From a bacterium (GTDB lineage Bacteria; Acidobacteriota; Blastocatellia; HR10), in the NCBI GenBank assembly GCA_041640655.1, contig JBEPZV010000013.1, positions 1 to 52,556 on the forward strand: DNA of 52,556 nucleotides, written 5' to 3'. The translations under genes and the position numbers were made by a program. Positions 49,044-52,556 of this stretch are shown here, one piece after another. Under the pieces are notes generated by a model. That model had not been told where the DNA came from. It saw only the letters and a program-made list of their open reading frames with translations, and searched no databases. Numbering within the stretch: the stretch's first letter is position 1; each line of letters opens with the position of its first letter.

Positions 49044-49697
49044 TCAGGTCGTGACCCCTTCACGATACAGGCGATACTTCTCGATGTAGGCCGCCGCTTC
49101 GGACGGGACCAGGTGAGCAATAGCCTCCCCGCGCCGCAGTGCGGCCCGAATCGCCGTCGCCGACGTCGCGTTGTGAATCCCCGAACAGAAATAGATGCGC
49201 GGACCCTGCTCTTGAACGCGATCGCGCTCGGGGACGAAGGCGCGCACCCGAGCGCGAATCTCCTCCGGCAGCCCCTCGGCGCTCAGGATGTATCCCGGAC
49301 GCGGAATGACCACCAGATTCATCAGCCGCAGCAATTGGTCGTACTCCTTCCACTGCGTGATACCTTGAAAGGCGTCGGCGCCCATGATGAAGTAGAGCTC
49401 CGCATCCTCACCCATCCGATGGCGGAGTTCTCGAACCGTGTCGATCGTATAGCTCACCCCCCCGCGCGCCAGCTCGAGCGTCGAGACGTAGAAGGCCGCA
49501 TATGGCTGCGTCGCCAACACGAGCATCGCGAATCGGTCCCAAGCTGGTGCTTCCGGCTGCCGGCGCTTATGCGGGGATTGAGCCGCGGGAATGAAATAGA
49601 GGCGATCCAGGGAGAACCAATGCCAGACTTTCTCGGCGATCTCCAGATGTCCGTTGTGGACGGGATCGAAGGTGCCCCCGAAGATTCCGATGCGCAT
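49044..49697 (-). CDS. nadD: Nicotinate-nucleotide adenylyltransferase
   Basis: GGTFDPVHNGH, SYTIDT, IMGAD, SATAIR. Confidence 0.97.
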   Translation of the reverse strand: MRIGIFGGTFDPVHNGHLEIAEKVWHWFSLDRLYFIPAAQSPHKRRQPEAPAWDRFAMLVLATQPYAAFYVSTLELARGGVSYTIDTVRELRHRMGEDAELYFIMGADAFQGITQWKEYDQLLRLMNLVVIPRPGYILSAEGLPEEIRARVRAFVPERDRVQEQGPRIYFCSGIHNATSATAIRAALRRGEAIAHLVPSEAAAYIEKYRLYREGVTT

Positions 49698-49702
49698 ATC
49701 GG

Positions 49703-50728
49703 TCAGCGGGAGGGAAGGGCTGCGACGGCCATGACTGCACCCTCCACGCGTCGAGCGACGCGCTCCAGGAGCTCGGCCACGCCCTGCCCGGTCACGGCCG
49801 AGATGCCGACGAATTCCAGATCGCGCGCGCGACAAAAGGCCTCCAGCTCGCGGACCCATTCGTCGGACGCGATGTCCATCTTCGTCGCCACGACGATCTG
49901 TGGCTTCTCCAAGAGCCGCGGATTATAGGCCTCCAGCTCGCGGTTGATGATCATGTATCGCTCCACCGGTCCGCGCTCGGCCAAAGGCGAGACATCCACC
50001 AGGTGGAGCAGGACGCGCGTCCGCTCGATGTGGCGCAGGAACTCATGTCCCAAGCCCGCCCCCCGATGCGCCCCTTCGATCAATCCGGGAATATCGGCGA
50101 CGACGAAGCTGCGCTCCTCATCAAGTTGCACGACGCCGAGGACGGGTTCCAGCGTTGTGAAAGGATATTCGGCGATCTTCGGCCGCGCCGCTGAGATGCG
50201 CGCCAGCAACGTGGACTTGCCCGCGTTGGGGAAACCGACCAGCCCCACATCGGCCAGAAGCTTCAGCTCCAATCGCAGGCGGCGGACCTGACCCGGCTGC
50301 CCGCGCTCGTGAAATCGCGGCGCACGTCGCGTCGGCGTCGCAAAGCGCGCATTGCCACGCCCTCCACGCCCCCCGCGCGCGATCAGCACCCGCTCCCCCG
50401 GCGTGGAGAAGTCGTGGATCAATTCCCCAGTCTCCTGATCATAGACGAGCGTCCCCACCGGCACTCGGATCACAATGTCCTCGCCATCTCGCCCATGCCG
50501 ATTATTCCCCTCCCCATGCCCACCGCGTCCGGCCCGATACTCCGGATTGTACTTGAAGTGAATGAGCGAATTCATCCCGAGCGCAGCCTCCATGTACACA
50601 TGTCCCCCTCGGCCGCCGTCGCCGCCAGCCGGTCCTCCAAAGGGGACGTACTTCTCGCGGCGAAAGGCCGTGCACCCGTCCCCCCCATCTCCGGCTTTCA
50701 CCACGATCTCCGCGCGATCAATGAACAT
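49703..50728 (-). CDS. obgE: GTPase Obg/CgtA
   Basis: [36 protein letters not shown]. Confidence 0.98.
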   Translation of the reverse strand: MFIDRAEIVVKAGDGGDGCTAFRREKYVPFGGPAGGDGGRGGHVYMEAALGMNSLIHFKYNPEYRAGRGGHGEGNNRHGRDGEDIVIRVPVGTLVYDQETGELIHDFSTPGERVLIARGGRGGRGNARFATPTRRAPRFHERGQPGQVRRLRLELKLLADVGLVGFPNAGKSTLLARISAARPKIAEYPFTTLEPVLGVVQLDEERSFVVADIPGLIEGAHRGAGLGHEFLRHIERTRVLLHLVDVSPLAERGPVERYMIINRELEAYNPRLLEKPQIVVATKMDIASDEWVRELEAFCRARDLEFVGISAVTGQGVAELLERVARRVEGAVMAVAALPSR

Positions 50729-50770
50729 GGCACCCGTGCGGAGGAGGCCCGAAGGGAACACGACGCGCGC

Positions 50771-51040
50771 TCATTCGCTCGTCGTCGAGACCGGATAGAC
50801 GCTCACGAACTTGCCCATCCGCCCCTTATCCTCGAACCGGACGATGCCCGAGATCTTGGCATACAGCGTGTCATCGCTGCCGATGCCCACGTTGACCCCG
50901 GGCTTGAAGCGCGTGCCGCGCTGTCGGACGAGGATCGAGCCTCCGGTCACGAATTGTCCTCCGAAGCACTTGATCCCTAATCGCTTCCCGACCGAATCGC
51001 GCCCGTTGCGCGAGCTTCCCATCCCCTTTTTGTGAGCCAT
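50771..51040 (-). CDS. rpmA: 50S ribosomal protein L27
   Basis: [21 protein letters not shown]. Confidence 0.99.
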   Translation of the reverse strand: MAHKKGMGSSRNGRDSVGKRLGIKCFGGQFVTGGSILVRQRGTRFKPGVNVGIGSDDTLYAKISGIVRFEDKGRMGKFVSVYPVSTTSE

Positions 51041-51061
51041 AGCCCCCCTCCTTCCGGCGCA

Positions 51062-51376
51062 TCACGTCGCGTGAATGGCTTCCACGCGAATGGCCGTGTA
51101 CTTCTGCCGATGCCCCTTCTTGCGCCGATATTGCTTGCGCCGCTTGAACTTGAACACGATGATCTTTCGCTCCTTTCCATGCTCCAGGACGCGGCACACA
51201 GCGCGTGCTCCCTCCACCACCGGGCGACCAATCCGAACCTGTCCCCCATCGCCGAGGGCGAGCACCGGCAACTCCACAGTCGCCCCCACTTCGGCGCGAA
51301 GCGCCGGAACGCGCAGAATGTCACCCGGCGTGACGCGATATTGTTTCCCCCCTGTGGTGATGATCGCGTAGGTCAC
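51062..51376 (-). CDS. rplU: 50S ribosomal protein L21
   Basis: YAIITTGGKQYRV, KKGHRQ. Confidence 0.99.
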   Translation of the reverse strand: MTYAIITTGGKQYRVTPGDILRVPALRAEVGATVELPVLALGDGGQVRIGRPVVEGARAVCRVLEHGKERKIIVFKFKRRKQYRRKKGHRQKYTAIRVEAIHAT

Positions 51377-51417
51377 ACCTTCTTCCTCCGGCCTCTCAGT
51401 CTCACCGAAAAGGATAC

Positions 51418-51446
51418 ATTGTAGGAGCGTCCGCCAGATCTGTCAA
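51418..51446 (-). promoter_or_regulatory. Near-consensus sigma70 promoter of the rplU operon
   Basis: TTGACA, 17-nt spacer, TACAAT on the minus strand. Confidence 0.8.
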
Positions 51447-51453
51447 TTTCCGC

Positions 51454-51666
51454 TCACAGTCGGGCCGCCAGCTTGAAGACGTTGTAAATCCCCCCACCGA
51501 TGCCAATGGCGAAAAACAGCAGGAACAGCCAAGGTGATGTCCCCAACCACTTGTCCAGGAAATACCCGATCAGCGAGCCAGCCGCCACATAAGAGACGAA
51601 GACCGTCCCCAGAGATGCCGCCACGCCGAATTTCTTGATCGTCTCTCCAGGACCGCTTTTCCACAT
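51454..51666 (-). CDS. AtpZ/AtpI-family small membrane protein
   Basis: GSLIGYFLDKWLGTSPW...GIGGG signature. Confidence 0.85.
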   Translation of the reverse strand: MWKSGPGETIKKFGVAASLGTVFVSYVAAGSLIGYFLDKWLGTSPWLFLLFFAIGIGGGIYNVFKLAARL

Positions 51667-51727
51667 CCCGAGAGAGATTGTACGAAGCGGACCCTGAGGG
51701 AGGCAATGGGCCAGTGGAAACAGAAGA

Positions 51728-51802
51728 TGGTGGGCACTGGAGGATTCGAACCTCCGACCTCTCGCGTGTGAGGCGAACGCTCTACCGCTGAGCTAAGTGC
51801 CC
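51728..51802 (-). tRNA. tRNA-Val (anticodon CAC), CCA encoded
   Basis: GGGCACTTAGCTCAGCGGTAGAGCGTTCGCCT-CAC-ACGCGAGAGGTCGGAGGTTCGAATCCTCCAGTGCCCACCA folds as a cloverleaf. Confidence 0.98.
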
Positions 51803-51814
51803 ACGGCGAAGGAC

Positions 51815-51844
51815 AATATAGCAAAGGGCCTCGGCCGTCGTCAA
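51815..51844 (-). promoter_or_regulatory. tRNA promoter
   Basis: TTGACG, 18-nt spacer, TATATT with an extended TG motif. Confidence 0.65.
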
Positions 51845-51863
51845 ACGCGCCGGGCCTGATCCA

Positions 51864-52556
51864 TCATCCGGAAGATGCTAACCACGTTTTCAGCGCTTCC
51901 TCCCAGAGGAAGACCCGCCCATCCTGAAGCATCACCACGCTTTGTTGTCGAGCATTCTCTTCCGCCCCCAGGGTGGCCCGTTCTCCCGCGGCCACAGGGA
52001 TCGCCCGGTATCCGGCGCGGCGCAGTAGCGTCGCTCTCCGCCGCGCGCGCTCGACATCTCGCTCATCCACAACGGCAGAGACCTCAATGGCGAGCCATAT
52101 TTCGGGCTTCCCCGGCCAGGTCTCCAACTTCCCCTGCACCAGAAGGTCGAGCAAGAGGACGTCTCGGAATTCTTCGGGAGAGAGCTTGGCCCTGAGCGCT
52201 TCAAGCAACGTTTCCATGGAGACGACGCGAACCCGTCGCAGCAGAGGTCCGAAATACGCCACGGCCTTGTTCTGATATGTCAGTTCCAGCACTCGGCCTC
52301 TGAGCCCGCTGACGGCGTCACTCAAAGAGCTCACGCGCGAAGATAGCTCCGAGAGCTCGCTTGACATGCTCCGCTGAACCTCGACCAGGGCCGCCAGGTG
52401 TTCCTCCGTCTTACGCTGCGCCTCGGCCAGAGCCGCCAGTTGCTCCTCCACGCGCGCCACCCGCTCCTCCAAGTGCCGCTGCGCCTCGGCCAGCATCCGC
52501 ACCTGCTCCTCCGTCTTGCGTTGCGCCTCGGCCAGAGCCGCCAGTTGCTCCTCCAC
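51864..52556 (-). CDS. Coiled-coil heptad-repeat protein with C-terminal PD-(D/E)XK-like domain (5' truncated)
   Basis: EEQLAALAEAQRKT repeats; G...E, DLLVQG, AIEVS and DVERA motifs. Confidence 0.75.
   Translation of the reverse strand: MEEQLAALAEAQRKTEEQVRMLAEAQRHLEERVARVEEQLAALAEAQRKTEEHLAALVEVQRSMSSELSELSSRVSSLSDAVSGLRGRVLELTYQNKAVAYFGPLLRRVRVVSMETLLEALRAKLSPEEFRDVLLLDLLVQGKLETWPGKPEIWLAIEVSAVVDERDVERARRRATLLRRAGYRAIPVAAGERATLGAEENARQQSVVMLQDGRVFLWEEALKTWLASSG
52418..52556. repeat. Intragenic direct repeat, 105-bp period
   Basis: GCGCCTCGGCCAGAGCCGCCAGTTGCTCCTCCAC at 52418-52451 and 52523-52556. Confidence 0.9.

Noticed and set aside
51728..51802. tRNA-Val as an integration site
   Set aside because: No integrase, duplicated tRNA 3' end or island-like genes seen downstream

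Overview
GC-rich bacterial chromosome segment, probably from an Acidobacteriota (Blastocatellia-like) organism. The taxonomy is inferred from an Oar-type TonB receptor, ccsA-hemA-hemC, futalosine mqnC and an outer-membrane gene set. The window opens with a complete 13-repeat CRISPR array (leader at 1-68, no cas genes in view) abutting a convergent XRE-type regulator. Next is a sulfur-carrier cysteine biosynthesis operon: cysteine synthase, JAB/Mec protease, a ThiS/MoaD-MoeB-rhodanese fusion and a beta-carbonic anhydrase. The most striking unannotated element lies in front of that operon. It is a 23-codon leader ORF (MAMMCCCC..., 1812-1883, four tandem TGT codons) embedded in a full 1:2 / 2:3 / 3:4 attenuator that ends in an intrinsic terminator, i.e. 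a predicted cysteine-sensing ribosome-mediated transcription attenuator. The remainder is mostly housekeeping: nuoAB plus a MidA-type methyltransferase, rimP-nusA-infB-rbfA, aroF, mqnC, heme genes, cofG/cofH FO synthase, peptidases, TolC, rplU-rpmA-obg-nadD-rsfS-rlmH and tRNA-Val. Degenerate REP-like elements flank a HEAT-repeat gene. All calls are from reading the sequence; no searches or folding programs were run.
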